Shown: positions 1 through 12,018, numbered from the stretch's first letter. The stretch: DNA of 64,000 nt from Eledone cirrhosa (GCA_964016885.1 OZ024743.1:253952001-254016000), one strand, 5' to 3'. The notes: generated by a model not told the origin, from the sequence alone. Program-made: numbers and translations.

Positions 1-439
1 TTATATAGATATGTTTTCCATTTTCTGTTCTTAGCCAATTTATATCACAATGAAGATAAATAAAAGATTGTTATGCTTCTGTGAATAAGTAGATTCACAC
101 TACTCAAAGAGGCATAAAATTAATGAATTCTTTAATTTAAAGAGCTTTCACATATAAAAACAGAAATGATTCATCTGTTTTTAAATTTGTTCATATACTT
201 AGCATATCTAACACGCACACTCTATCTGTATACAGAATACATACGTGTATATTCATATATATATATGGAAGGGTCAGGAGCCCGACGGCTGAGCTCTTGC
301 CGTTTCAACAACTAGATCCAGTCTCCTTTCATATTACCATAATCTACCATCCCCACTTTCGAGTACTCTGGTGGATATATTGTCTAATCAGGTATTTACT
401 GAATCCATTTTCACGTATATATGCATGCATATTTACACA

Positions 440-522
<83 letters not shown>

Positions 523-526
<4 letters not shown>

Positions 527-842
527 TGTTCCCCCGGCATTCGCGGATATGGTTATTCTCGGAATATTCCGTAGAACCTAGCTAATAATTGTTCGTGGAA
601 ACAGCAGCATGTTCGCGGAACCGTAAATATCTTCCGCTATATTTTAATGGCTTTTTTCGGGGCAATATATATTTATTTAACACTAAATTACTAATAACAA
701 TATAACTTATTTACCGGCCTTTTGGACACCACTTCGCCATTTGTTATATTTTGTTATATTTTGACGTTTATAGTCATTTTTATGGACACGTCCAATAGTT
801 GCGGTTTTTTCACTCTTCACGTGTGCTCTAGGAACGTAACCT
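523..842. mobile_element. Tc1/mariner (pogo/Tigger-like) non-autonomous element, truncated at one end
   Basis: Starts TA|CAGTGTTCCCCCGGCATTCGCGG, a Tigger-like terminus. The other end (ggtttttcactcttcacgtgtgctctaggaacgtaacc) is the reverse complement of the subterminal part of the MITE at 29223. Confidence 0.55.
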
Positions 843-1124
843 GCAGGCTACAATTGTATATATATAGAGAGAGAGATAGTGCCAAGTATTGGGAGGGTCT
901 ACATAGACCAAGTCAGTGGCGCTACTGACTTCCCAGAGCGGCAGAGGCGTGGTCTGCATCCCACTTACGGTCTTACTTTCCATCAAGTGCACAAGAGCGG
1001 TTGCCATGTCTGTGATACAATGAAGGGTCCTTACAACCCTTTTTTGGAAAGCTCTCTACGATCGGATGCCCTTCGTATCACCATTCACATTACAGAGTGT
1101 ACTGTATGTGTTTATCGTGTAGAT

Positions 1125-1311
1125 CAGGCACTAAAAACATGCGGCCCGCGGGACGCATGCGCGTCTTTACAAGCACACTTGCGGCCCCACAAAGGTTTTT
1201 ACAGCGCGAGCATGTTTTATCTTCGTAATATGAAATATAATGTATTAGTTGTAATAACAACACATATGGGACCCATATGGCTCTCGGGCTACACTCAGTT
1301 AGACAAGACTC
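1125..1311. mobile_element. hAT (Charlie-like) MITE with 8-bp TSD
   Basis: Starts CAGG..aacatgcggcccgcgggacgcatgcg; ends tggctctcgggctacactcagttagacaagactc. Flanked by identical gtgtagat at 1117-1124 and 1312-1319, resembling the NTCTAGAN hAT target. Confidence 0.75.
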
Positions 1312-1631
1312 GTGTAGATAACCAACACTAGAAAGGCCGATGCACGGTGAAATGACTGAATAGTCTTCTAAGCTTTTTTTAGAATACGCATGGTTTCTAG
1401 ACTGGTGTGCTGTTACTGTTGCGAAACACCATATAAGGTGTACCAAGCTGATCCTTGTCCCTGTGGAAAAACATCGTCCCTTCTGGGCGTATATTTTGGT
1501 GAGGGGTGATAGCATGGAGTTACGTGTGAATTTATGGAATCTGTGGTGTTATTTGACAGGGTTAGGATTAGGGTGGTGAGAACACTGTCTCAAGTGGAAG
1601 GCATCGATGGTTTGGTCAGTAGCGGTACATA

Positions 1632-1675
<44 letters not shown>

Positions 1676-1897
1676 CGCACACACACACACACACACTCAT
1701 ATATATGTATGTATGTATGGAGCCTGCGGAGCTGAGAGCGGAGAAATAAATAATCATAGGAGTACTCAATGCATGGGGAGATGCAGAGTTGGTATAGAGT
1801 TATTTTGCATCTCTGTCACTCTCTCTTTCTCTCTTTCTCTCTCAATATACATACATACACATACACACTCACACACATACACACACACACACACATA

Positions 1898-1972
<75 letters not shown>

Positions 1973-2144
1973 TCATTTTACCTTTTTATCACAGGGTCAT
2001 CACTTGTCTGATGCCCCTTATCCTTTATAAGATTAATATTAAAATTATACTTCTGTATTGAGTACTTTTTTCTCTAATCCATCAGCCACGAAGATACATA
2101 CACACAAACACAAATACACGTACACGCATAAATAGACATACATG

Positions 2145-2184
<40 letters not shown>

Positions 2185-2489
2185 CACACGCATATAATTC
2201 ATACATTCATATACATAATTTATTTTCCACATAATTTAGTAGATAGATTCATTTTTACCAAAATATCAAAATTATTTCATCGTTCAACAATTCTGATCAT
2301 TAATCCTACAATAAATCTTCCGTAGCCTACAGACATCTTGGCAGTTGTTTTAATTAGCAGACGTATTAGAAAGCATTCCAATCCACCACCATATTTGGTT
2401 CGTATCCAATATATAATCACCAAGATGCAGTTCCCCACCTGTGATTCCTCATTACAAATTAGCTATTAAAAGTTTCTAAATATATATCT

Positions 2490-2740
2490 TCATCATCATC
2501 ATCATCATCACCGTTTAACGTCCATTTTTTCACGTTAGTATGCGTTAGACGCGTTGTCATGTTGTGAGTAATGCCAGGTCAGATGACAATGTCTTGCTCA
2601 TACAGAACTGATTTTGGCTTCGGTTCTACAGCTGGATGGCCTTCTTTGCAGCAACCTTACTTACAGTGAGTAATTGGTGCTTTTTGTCTTGACACCTACA
2701 CGACCACTTTACAACGTGGAATAGGCATTTTTTCCGTATG
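2490..2740 (-). mobile_element. SINE-like repeat with V-domain-like core and RTE-type (GAT)n tail, degenerate
   Basis: Reverse complement resembles the aggaagggcatccagctgtagaaa core and gcatggaa..acgttaaa(tga)n tail of 62112-62511. Other decayed copies near 4700-5000, 9700-9915, 16420-16790, 23780-23910, 48460-48760, 49130-49720 and 52420-52560. Confidence 0.6.
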
Positions 2741-2745
2741 TATAT

Positions 2746-2783
<38 letters not shown>

Positions 2784-3055
2784 TTTAATTTTAATTATAT
2801 CTCATATAAAATAATACAACTGGCTTTCCACAAAATACATATAGTTAGCACCCCAAACACAAAATTGGGATTATACTAACGTATATCCCAATGTTTGTTG
2901 AGTGAGATAGTTACCAGTCAGTAGAAGGGGTATTTAATTTGTTGGAAGTCAGACAAATATAAATGTTTATAACTGATTTAGAGCACTCAACAGTTTACTG
3001 GAGTAAATATTCAATGATATTAAATAAATGGAAACTATATTTATAAAACCATATT

Positions 3056-3118
3056 TATTTTATTATATATATTTCAAGGGTACCAAGACACATTGGTACG
3101 CTTTCATCAGATAAAATA
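3056..3118 (-). ncRNA. Minimal type I hammerhead ribozyme, intact core
   Basis: Minus strand: tattttat-CTGATGA-aagcgtaccaa(tgtgtc)ttggtaccctt-GAAA-tatata-TA-ataaaata. 8-bp stem I, long stem II, palindromic loop III as in PLE minimal HHRs. Confidence 0.85.
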
Positions 3119-3951
3119 CAATACAAAGTTTGTTTTATAAATAGAGACATATTTCTACTTATTTCCATAACAATCTCATCCACTTGGTTTTAATATATTG
3201 ATATCTATAAATCATAATATCTATAATATTTGCTATAATTCCACTTCTTAAAGTTTCATAAAATATATGCGTATACAATTCTAATCTTTTTGTTTTATTT
3301 TAATTTTAATTTTAATACTTTTTATTTCTTTATTTTTATTTCTTTATTTTTTATTTCTTTAAAAACTACTTATCTCTTATAAATTATTTTTTTTTAAAGT
3401 TTTCTCAAATTTTTCAATATTTTTTCGATACTATTTCAATATTTTTTCAATACTTTATCAATATTTTTTTGAATATTTTTCAATAGATTTATAATCACTA
3501 ACTGATTCTGGCTAAATTTATTTTTCAACGTCTACACTTATTTTGAGTAAATAGTCTCACACTAACGAATAAATAAATTAAACCGGAGTTTTTTCCGTAT
3601 CTTCCCATTTTAAATCATATAAATATAAATATTCTTATCAACTCAGTTAATTTAATTTAATTTAACTTAATATTTATTTACATTAAATACAAAACTCATT
3701 AGAACAATTATCTATAACATGATATACCCATCTATTTATTTATTTATTTATTTATGTATTTATTTATTTATTTATCTACTTATAACAGAAGAAAAATATT
3801 ATATTATAAACAAATTTTAAACATATAATCGTAAATACACGTACTATTAAGATATATACTTAGAATATATTTCCCTCAAATTAACGTTATATGAGTTTTT
3901 ATTCATCTTCTCTTGTTTCTTTCTTCTCTCTCTCTCGCACTATTTAATCCT

Positions 3952-4005
<54 letters not shown>

Positions 4006-4170
4006 AGTCGTTTAAATAAACAGTTGTTTTACAATTATTTACATATTCATTTGCATATTCACACATGAGTTTGAAAAATCCCCAATATATTTTTACTATC
4101 GAGTGAATTTCCAACCGATAAGGTATGATTTTCATGGGTATGTCTCGATTTATAAGACAAACTTTGTATG

Positions 4171-4233
4171 TATTTTATCTGATGAAAGCGTACCAATGTG
4201 TATTGGTACCCTTCAAATATATACAATAAAATA
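4171..4233 (+). ncRNA. Hammerhead ribozyme remnant (GAAA>CAAA, UA>CA)
   Basis: Inverted partner of 3056-3118 with two core substitutions. Confidence 0.7.
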
Positions 4234-4272
4234 AATATGGTTTTATAAATATAGTTTCCATTTATTTAATAT

Positions 4273-4323
<51 letters not shown>

Positions 4324-5034
4324 ATAGTCATCATTTATATGAGGGAGCCTGTGGAAAAGAAAGTCATCAGAAAACATGGCTCATATTAAAAATGTCTGAC
4401 CTTAAAATGATGAACCTCGCACGGTATCTAAATAGCTGGCCCGAGGCCATTCTCCAGACGTCTCGCATACTTATACTCGTTAGATAAAAGGCAAAAATAT
4501 TCAACATTTAGGCTGCCCCTTCCATCACTCTCACTAGCTATTCAACTTCCTTAGTTTTTCCTTCTCACTCACTTGAGCTCCCGCATCATAGTCCTTACTC
4601 TATCAACCTAGTCTCCTCTTCCTATCACATCTGTGATTCCTACACAAAGGCAGAGGTTAATGTCACGATAACATTTTTTCCAGCTCACAATGGTAAGACC
4701 ATGAGGAAGCACCCACCTCACCGTATCATGTAGTAGGGCTGGTACCGTAAGAAAACAAACGTGATACATGCCATGAAGTGGTCAGCATTAAGAGAAGCAT
4801 ACAACAGTGGCAACCATGCGAAAATGGTACACTTGAATAAGACACAGTCTTCTGACTAGTTTGTCTAGACTCTGCTCAGGAACATATGTAGAAGCTCCGG
4901 CTCACCTGGTGATCAGAGGCTTCCCTTCAGTACTGACCGACCTGTGCCGATATGTTGTACATGTACTAGCAGGCTAATGTGCCTTAAATGATGATGGTGA
5001 TATGTATATTTGTGTGTGTGCATATATAGGTATT

Positions 5035-5170
5035 GGTGGCTGAGCTCTGGCCGTTTCAACAGCTAGTTCTGGACTGTTAGTCAGCAGGCTTACGGTCAAC
5101 TTGTCGTTTCGTCAACCTTGAACTAGCTGTTGATACGGTAAGTGCGCAACCATCGGGTCCCGACCCTTTC
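5035..5170. mobile_element. Short fold-back of an HHR-bearing repeat family (GAAA-cggc..gccg-TC stem III)
   Basis: Inverted arms ggctgagctctggccgtttcaacagctagttc / gaactagctgttgatacggtaagtgcgcaacc. Minus strand reads CTGACTA-acag..ctgtt-GAAA-cggccagagctcagcc, a degenerate HHR. Same family at 268-380, 12979-14543, 21974-22120 and 39306-39510. Confidence 0.55.
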
Positions 5171-5392
5171 TGATATAGACATGCTCTTCTATCCGAAGTA
5201 TCACGTATTCTATTGAGTAATTGAGGAAAACCTTGTCCTGCTGAGAACCATTTTAGTTCGAAATGCAGAGACAATTGGCCCCCTTACATCACCTGTTCTC
5301 CGCTCGACGGCGCTGCCGTCAGTCTTTTATTCATAGCTGAGGCTTTCAAATGTTTATTTATCAAATATACCGTATACCTTTAGATATACGAA

Positions 5393-5479
<87 letters not shown>

Positions 5480-6030
5480 CGTGTATATACATATATATGT
5501 ATGCATATGTGTGTGTATGTGTATCTGTGAATGTGCATGTCTTAGTGAATATGAAATTCAGATCCCGATATGCTAAATATATGTCAGTTTCTCCAGTACG
5601 ACGTTCCATTGATCGAATCCTTGGAACATTCACTATCGGAAGCGATAGAATGTATAAACATTGTTCATAAACACTTTACATCAACGTTTTCATGTATTCT
5701 TCAGGTCATTGAGACCAACTCACTTCACAGGCATCAATGTGTTTTTTTATTCTGGTTTTAAAGAGTTAGGTCAAACTAAATTATTCACAAGAGCATGTTT
5801 CCTTGTGATATTCAAGTGTACCTGCACTACCATATGTCTGTGTGTAAATGATATGAAATTTTTTATGAAATTGATGGTGACTTTCGTCAGATATGAACAT
5901 ATTCGTGAAAAGATATAAATATAAAATACAAAATATATTATAAATATTTGATTTTTGCTTCTGTGCTGCCATAAACTGTTAAATACTTGATACACCAACT
6001 TATGAAAATAAATACGTATATATAGGGTAT

Positions 6031-6124
6031 GAAATACCAGTAATTTCAGACAGCTTGAAAACTGTTCTCCCAAACCAACGTTACTGCTATCGCTTCGTTG
6101 TAGTACTGGCCTTAATAATAATGG

Positions 6125-6166
<42 letters not shown>

Positions 6167-6963
6167 AAGCTTGTCCTCATCAGTGGCCATCCAACCGTCG
6201 TAGGCATTTCGTCGCATTAAAGGCCATATCCCTCAGGTTGGTGCGAGCAACGGCTAAAAAAAAGTCGTTGGGACACGTAAATAAAGGGGACGCTAGGGTA
6301 AACGAACAAAATGGTTTAAGCAGCAGAAAGTGATGAAGAAGGAAACAAGTCCCAGATTTCTATGAATATAAATTCGGTGGAATCGTGAACGAGAGAATAA
6401 AGACCATCAAACCTGGTTGAAATGTGAGCAAGGAAGGAATTTCGCACAGGTCTAACGGGAGGAAGAAGGGGTCTAGTCTGCGAATTCGGTAAACATAAGT
6501 TCTGTGAAGTCGCAGACGAGAGAGAAAAAAAATTCATACCGGCTTGGCCAAGTGCCCGCGAGAAAAGGATTACGGAATATTCCCATTATTATTAACTCCA
6601 TTACTAAAGCGAAGCGATAGCAGTAACGTACGTTCCGTTGGTTTGGGAGAACAGCTTTCAAGCTGTCTGAAATTAGTGGTATTTCTTTCATTTGGGTAAC
6701 TGAAGGTCGTTTTATGATTAAGGAAACGGTTTTTTTATACTACTCTCCAGTAAGCCCACATATGTAAAGGTCTCATTCTGTGGGTGTTAATTCCACTAAG
6801 AGACTTTATCGCTGGGGTTTTGCAGTGTTGATTCAGTGGGCATGACTCTGGCTTTTTACAAGGACATAAATATGTTTTGGGACCCAAGAAGCTGGTCCCC
6901 CAAACCAACGAAAGGTCCGTGCCTTGCATGGCTTCGTTGTAATACTGGCATTAATAATAATGT
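6031..6963. repeat. Three copies of a ~70-110 bp terminal repeat (direct 6031-6130, inverted 6577-6686, direct 6895-6963)
   Basis: Shared ccaaaccaacg..gcttcgttgtagtactggccttaataataatg motif. The first copy ends at (AT)n. Confidence 0.65.
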
Positions 6964-7035
6964 ATTAAAGCTCATCATACTGTTTTGAATTTCTCTATAC
7001 CTTAGATATTTTTACAAAGTTATCAACAGTATAGA

Positions 7036-7078
<43 letters not shown>

Positions 7079-7189
7079 TAAAAGGAATTCCAACTTTGTC
7101 TAATTTACTCGTTTTATTTACAATCCTTTAAAATTTATAATGGTATTAGAATGAAATAGTATGGTAGAATATTAAATGTTAAGTGTTAA

Positions 7190-7230
7190 TTGAACAAGTA
7201 CTTTCATGCTTTCGCAATCTTCAGGTTCAA
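7190..7230 (-). ncRNA. Minimal type I hammerhead ribozyme, intact core
   Basis: Minus strand: ttgaac-CTGAAGA-ttgc(gaaa)gcat-GAAA-gtac-TT-gttcaa. Palindromic gtac loop III. Confidence 0.82.
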
Positions 7231-7300
7231 CATCTGTGGTGACAGTCAAATTTGCAATTTTCAAGTTGAAAATTGCAAACTTGACTGTCACCACACATTA

Positions 7301-7339
7301 TGAACCTGAAGATTGCGAAAGCATGAAAGTACTTGTTCA
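7301..7339 (+). ncRNA. Minimal type I hammerhead ribozyme, intact core
   Basis: tgaac-CTGAAGA-ttgc(gaaa)gcat-GAAA-gtac-TT-gttca. Confidence 0.82.
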
Positions 7340-7489
7340 ATTAACACTTAACATTTAATATTCTACCATACTATTTCATTCTAATACCATTATAAATTTT
7401 AAAGGATTGTAAATAAAACGAGTAAATCAAACAAAGTTGTTATTCTTTTATTAATATAATCTTCTATACACAATCATACACACCCGTGT

Positions 7490-7594
<105 letters not shown>

Positions 7595-7662
7595 TATATA
7601 TATATATATATGTATATATCAAGATGAAAATCCGAAGGCAAGGTAAAATGTCAATCACTTAA

Positions 7663-7736
7663 TCAGGACATATGTTTCAATAAGAGATAGATGAATTGTG
7701 AAGCCATGATCGATTATCACTGATCTCATCAGGTGA
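7663..7736 (-). ncRNA. Hammerhead-like motif, core intact, stem I mismatched
   Basis: Minus strand: tcac-CTGATGA-(~45 nt)-GAAA-catatg-TC-ctga. Palindromic loop III; first stem I pair is C.C and stem II is weak. Confidence 0.45.
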
Positions 7737-7823
7737 AAATGAATTGTCTTCAAATTCTTGATGAGGGAGAAAAATAACGATGTTCTCTCACAGAATTAAT
7801 TCCCTCTTATAGGGAATGATCTT

Positions 7824-8850
7824 CCGCATCCTAGTTCGCGCGGGACCCCCCTCCTCGTCTCCAGTTTGTGCAGTAATGGCTCGAGAGACAATACGTACAA
7901 GAAGGACGAGAGGGGACATCCTTGGCGGACCGAGCGCATGATGTTGAACGGTTCCTAAAGGTGACCGTTCACTCTCACCACAGAGCAGATGTCGCTGTGC
8001 ATGGCAGCGCTCCAGCCTCTGAAGACGGGCCCAAAGCCAGCCGCCCTCAGGACTGCCGCTAGGTAACGATGCTCGACCCTATCGAAAGCTTTCGACTGAT
8101 CTAAATTCATCAAGGACCCATCCGTGCCAGGTTCCCTAGCTACCCTCTCTACGATGTATCGCATGAAATGGAGGTTGTCGTGGATGGATCTGTCGGAAAT
8201 GGCGCATGTCTGCGCCTCTCCCACCAGTCCACCAACGACAAGCGCCAACCTCTTTGCTAGCACCTTGGCCAAAATGTTGAACTCTGTGTTTAGCAGAGTT
8301 ATGGGCCTGAAATTATCTATGTTATCCCCCTTGTTAGTATCCTTTCTCAGCAGCGCCACCGCTCCTCGGCTCACAGAGCTGGGAATTCTCCCGTTCTGTT
8401 GCCAGTTGCAGTAGTCCCCAATATTTGGGAGAATTCCGAGGGTCGCTCGTGGATAAAGCCCAGAAAATGCCACGGTTACCCTGACCGCAAGGGCAGGTGC
8501 CCTCTTCTAGTGTTCCTCCTAAGATGCTACAAGCATACGCTCAGAGGAGGCCCATTCACACGAGCCATTCTTTCCTATCTCACCCACCTTCTAACAAACT
8601 GGCTGAAAGGCAGCACTTCCCTCTTCACCCTGATTTTCCTTTTCAGGTGAAACCTGAAAAAGTTAATGAGGGCGTCACTGAAGAGGAAAGTACCCGTCTT
8701 CAACCCTTTCAGACGTGTCCACCATACGATCTCTTTTACCATGGCCATCAGGCAGGTAAAAACTGCCTGCCCTTCGCGGCTAAAGTAAGGCGGCGTGGCA
8801 ATCCTTACGATGGACTCAGCTGATATCCGGATCCGTCCGACACGTGACAA
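7824..8850 (-). mobile_element. Tx1/L1-clade LINE fragments (ORF2 C-terminus + 3' UTR fused to RT domain)
   Basis: 7955-8473 encodes NFRPITLLNTEFNILAKVLAKRL..QTCAISDRSIHDNL..LDQSKAFDRVEH, continuing after a stop with RSVRQGCPLS. 8575-8850 encodes the ORF2 tail KEIVWWTRLKGLK..FHLKRKIRV, also seen at 40150-40260. Confidence 0.85.
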
Positions 8851-8859
8851 TGATTATGT

Positions 8860-9575
8860 GAGTAGAAGATTCGCATTCGATTTTCGAAGGCTGTCACAAA
8901 GCACTCAATGAGAGAGTAATCAATAAATTACTCCTCAGAGTAATCAACACAAGTTAGGCAATAGTGACACAATAAAAGATGCGACCAGAAGCATGTTGCC
9001 ACCTTAATAATAAAACAATGAAAAATACAGACAGATTAAAGACAAACCTTGACCTGACCGATAGATACTAGATATTAATCGTTAAATTTCTTCGATAGGT
9101 TTCTGGGGGAACGCAGGAGTATCAATCCAAGTTGTGTAATTTATATGCAAGTCAGTAATGTATCCAAAGATGGAACTGGGATATCCTTTTGTCAACAGGT
9201 CTTTCGTTCCAGTATCTACTTTCCACGAGTTATAAGACAACATTGCCTCTCGAATGTAGTAGTAAAATTGGCAGTGAAGTCACGTGCTTTTTCTCAAAAC
9301 AAAAGGAAGGTCACATCCGAGTTTTTGTGAGTACATTGAAAAGTGTGAACAAAAGAATTTATTCACAACATCAAGTAACCTCTCAACAAACATATAAACA
9401 ATCAATTAACTAATTAATCAATTAACCAATTAATTAATTAATTATAAAAGCTAAGATAAAATGATAATAGTAATGAGTATAACCGAAGTTGCAACGGCGA
9501 GTAGCAGATTCGCATTCGATTTTCGAAGGCTGTCACAAAGCAATTAATGAGAGAGTAATCAATATATTACTCCTG
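8860..9575. repeat. ~75-bp direct repeats (8860-8935, 9499-9574) flanking a possible decayed PLE fragment
   Basis: gagtag.agattcgcattcgattttcgaaggctgtcacaaagca..aatgagagagtaatcaata.attactcct occurs twice. The spacer's minus strand gives LLTKGYPSSI, weakly like a PLE thumb motif. Confidence 0.6.
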
Positions 9576-10038
9576 AATCTATGTTCAGAGAAATCTTCCA
9601 GGAGTCCTCTTTGATCAACCACCCCTTACCTTATAAAATCCTGCCATACGTGGAACTTGATGATGATATAAACCCCGCCGAACTTCTTAGATAGAGAGGA
9701 CTCTTCAATTGCTTGACAACAACCTCTCTAGTGCGGGTACCACAAAAATGCACTAGGTATATCTTATAAGCCGGGTGATGTCAGAAAGAACAATTTGCTG
9801 TAGGAATCAAGCTAAAAACGGTTTAGAATACACTTTAGTTGTGCCTATGTAAATGTTACTAGTACTCTCTATGAAATAATTGGTAATAGGAAGAGCATCC
9901 AAATGTAGAAAACGTGCATAAGAATACAAATACACATATGTGTGTGATTATATATATATATATATATATCATACTCTGTGATATCATGTGATATCATACT
10001 CTGCTCAATGAGAGCATCGAGTGCTCATACGGCCTCAT

Positions 10039-10072
10039 AAGGTTGAGACGCTTTCGAAAGCGTCTCAACCTT
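10039..10072. repeat. Perfect 34-bp palindrome made of an HHR 3' half
   Basis: aaggttgagacgctttc|gaaagcgtctcaacctt. Each strand reads GAAA-gcg-TC-tcaacc. Confidence 0.7.
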
Positions 10073-10235
10073 CTTAAAACTTAAAAACTTAAAACCACAA
10101 CTGAATACTAACCCATACAATCACTAATACTCTTTTATTCCTAATTAAACCATTTTTCAACTGTGAACAATTTGTCAGCATTTTCTATTCCGTTTACCAA
10201 TATATAATAACTTGTGTGTTACACCTCTATTCTTT

Positions 10236-10270
<35 letters not shown>

Positions 10271-10275
10271 AAATT

Positions 10276-10745
10276 ATGATTTAGCTTCAGACATAGCCGT
10301 ATACAGATATGTATATGAATTTCGTATTTCTAAAAAAACACGGAATGTTTACAGGTAAACATTCAGAAAGCCGTAGCTATGCAAAAAAAAAAAACAGTGG
10401 ACCTAACTCCCTCTGTTGGTGTCCAGCAGAAGCAAGGGGCACAATCGTCGATGCATTTTGGGTTTAACTGGTCCTCATCAGGACGATCCTTCCCACCCTT
10501 GCGACTTCTGGACTTGAAAACAGTCAAGAATATATAGTCTTCTCGTCTGTGTAAATGAGGTGATTAATTTCATTGGCATATGAAGCTGCATAAGCTGGTT
10601 CAACTTATAATAGAATAGAATTAGGATTTAGCTTCAGGCATAGTTGTATACAGGTATGTATAGAAATTTCGTATTTAAAGCTAAACATTGAGAAAGCCGT
10701 AGCTATGCAAAGAACACCGAGGCTAACGCCCTCTAGTGGTGTCCA
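10276..10745 (-). mobile_element. pLTR-like partial tandem duplication enclosing an HHR remnant
   Basis: 10276-10425 and 10623-10745 are diverged direct repeats (gatttagcttcag..agaaagccgtagctatgcaaa..ggtgtcca), bounded by microsatellites. Confidence 0.55.
10444..10487 (-). ncRNA. Hammerhead ribozyme remnant (CGAAA>CAAAA)
   Basis: Minus strand: atcgtc-CTGATGA-ggaccagttaaaccc-AAAA-tgca-TC-gacgat. 6-bp stem I, palindromic tgca loop, single core G>A at a CpG. Confidence 0.65.
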
Positions 10746-10766
10746 TATATGCACACACACACACAC

Positions 10767-10845
<79 letters not shown>

Positions 10846-10972
10846 AAATTAAGATAAATCAAATGAATTTAATCTAAATCAAAATTATGGGTGTCATGCC
10901 AGAAAGACATGCGCCATATCACCCGCAAAATAAGCTCTAAAATTCTAACTAGTAGGTCCGAGCATTTTATAT

Positions 10973-11115
10973 TAACTAGAGATTGATTAACATATAAATA
11001 AACATGAATAATCACAGGGATAATTTTTACAAGCGTTTAAAAATTACTACACACTTGTAAAAATTATCCCCTGTGATTATTCATGTTTATTTATATGTTA
11101 ATCAATCTCTAGTTA
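10973..11115. repeat. Hairpin with ~61-bp near-perfect arms and 20-nt loop, ending at (TA)n
   Basis: taactagagattgattaacatataaataaacatgaataatcacagggataatttttacaag and its reverse complement at 11054-11115. Confidence 0.9.
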
Positions 11116-12018
11116 TTATATATATATATATATGAATATTTGTTTTCCTCTGTGTATCTTCTTTTTAGACGGAGTAAACAAAACAAGAGCAGACACATGT
11201 TAGCGTAGAAAATGGACGTGAAACGGTGTTGATGATATGTGTGTTTATACAAGTATTCATACATGCATATATATATGGTGGGGTACATGCGTTGCATATA
11301 TACAAATATATTCTTTTTGGTTTTAATATATAACTGTTTAAATTTCCATTATTTACTGCACATAAAAGAAATTTTTTTAGAAAAAAACATTCAACTAATA
11401 AAAGAAGGAATTATAAAAACAAATAGCTTTCAAAAAAACGAAATGGGTTTGTGAAATCTTCTAGAAAATATTTGCTGCTTTTCAAGCAAAAGTTTTCCAA
11501 CTCTAAATTTTAATCAAAAATCATTTGTTATACATAGATATGTACGTGTGTAGGGTGGGGGGTATACTTATATATGTGTTTATATATATATATATATATA
11601 CGTGTGTGTGTGCATGTATGTCTGTCTACATGCAGAAACACGCACACACTCAGATTTTGAAAGTAATTTATAGAAGAAACTATCTTCTAAATAATAACAA
11701 GAAAATGGGACTGAACTGGAAGTAACAAGCAAAACAAAACACTATTTGAAATGTCAAAACTTTTTCCCATTGCATTTCACAGATAAGAAAAATTCCAGCC
11801 TTCTCTCAATGTAAACGTTCTTTTAAGCATTACATTAAAAGTATTAACAATTTATTTATACACACACATATCTGCAGACATGTACACATTAACATATATA
11901 TATACATACACACACACGTATATAAACATATAGATAAGCCTTTACCATATATATAGATTAATGTTTATGATGTTCGTTTCACATTATCGCTTGCTAGAAA
12001 AATGTTATACATACATAC

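Larger units (their letters stand above)
3012..4277. mobile_element. PLE-derived fold-back element with ~109-bp inverted termini, each containing an HHR motif
   Basis: 3012-3120 is the near-perfect reverse complement of 4169-4277. AT-rich spacer; the right end abuts (TA)n. Confidence 0.75.
7071..7458. repeat. ~390-bp near-perfect palindrome with an HHR on each strand
   Basis: Arms are reverse complements about a centre near 7265 (gcaattttcaa-g-ttgaaaattgc). Begins directly after (TA)n. Confidence 0.92.

Noticed and set aside
1335-1630. Decayed PLE RT on the minus strand (KIYAQKGRCFSTGTRI resembling YxQxxGxAMGT)
   Set aside because: Similarity too weak to support without a profile search.
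297-2030. ORFs rich in YIYI, HTHT or CVCV here and throughout the window
   Set aside because: Translations of (AT)n and (AC)n microsatellites, which lack stop codons.
5680-5715. Minus-strand CTGAAGA-atacat-GAAA-acgtt as a hammerhead
   Set aside because: Stems I and II do not form credibly, so it was not counted.
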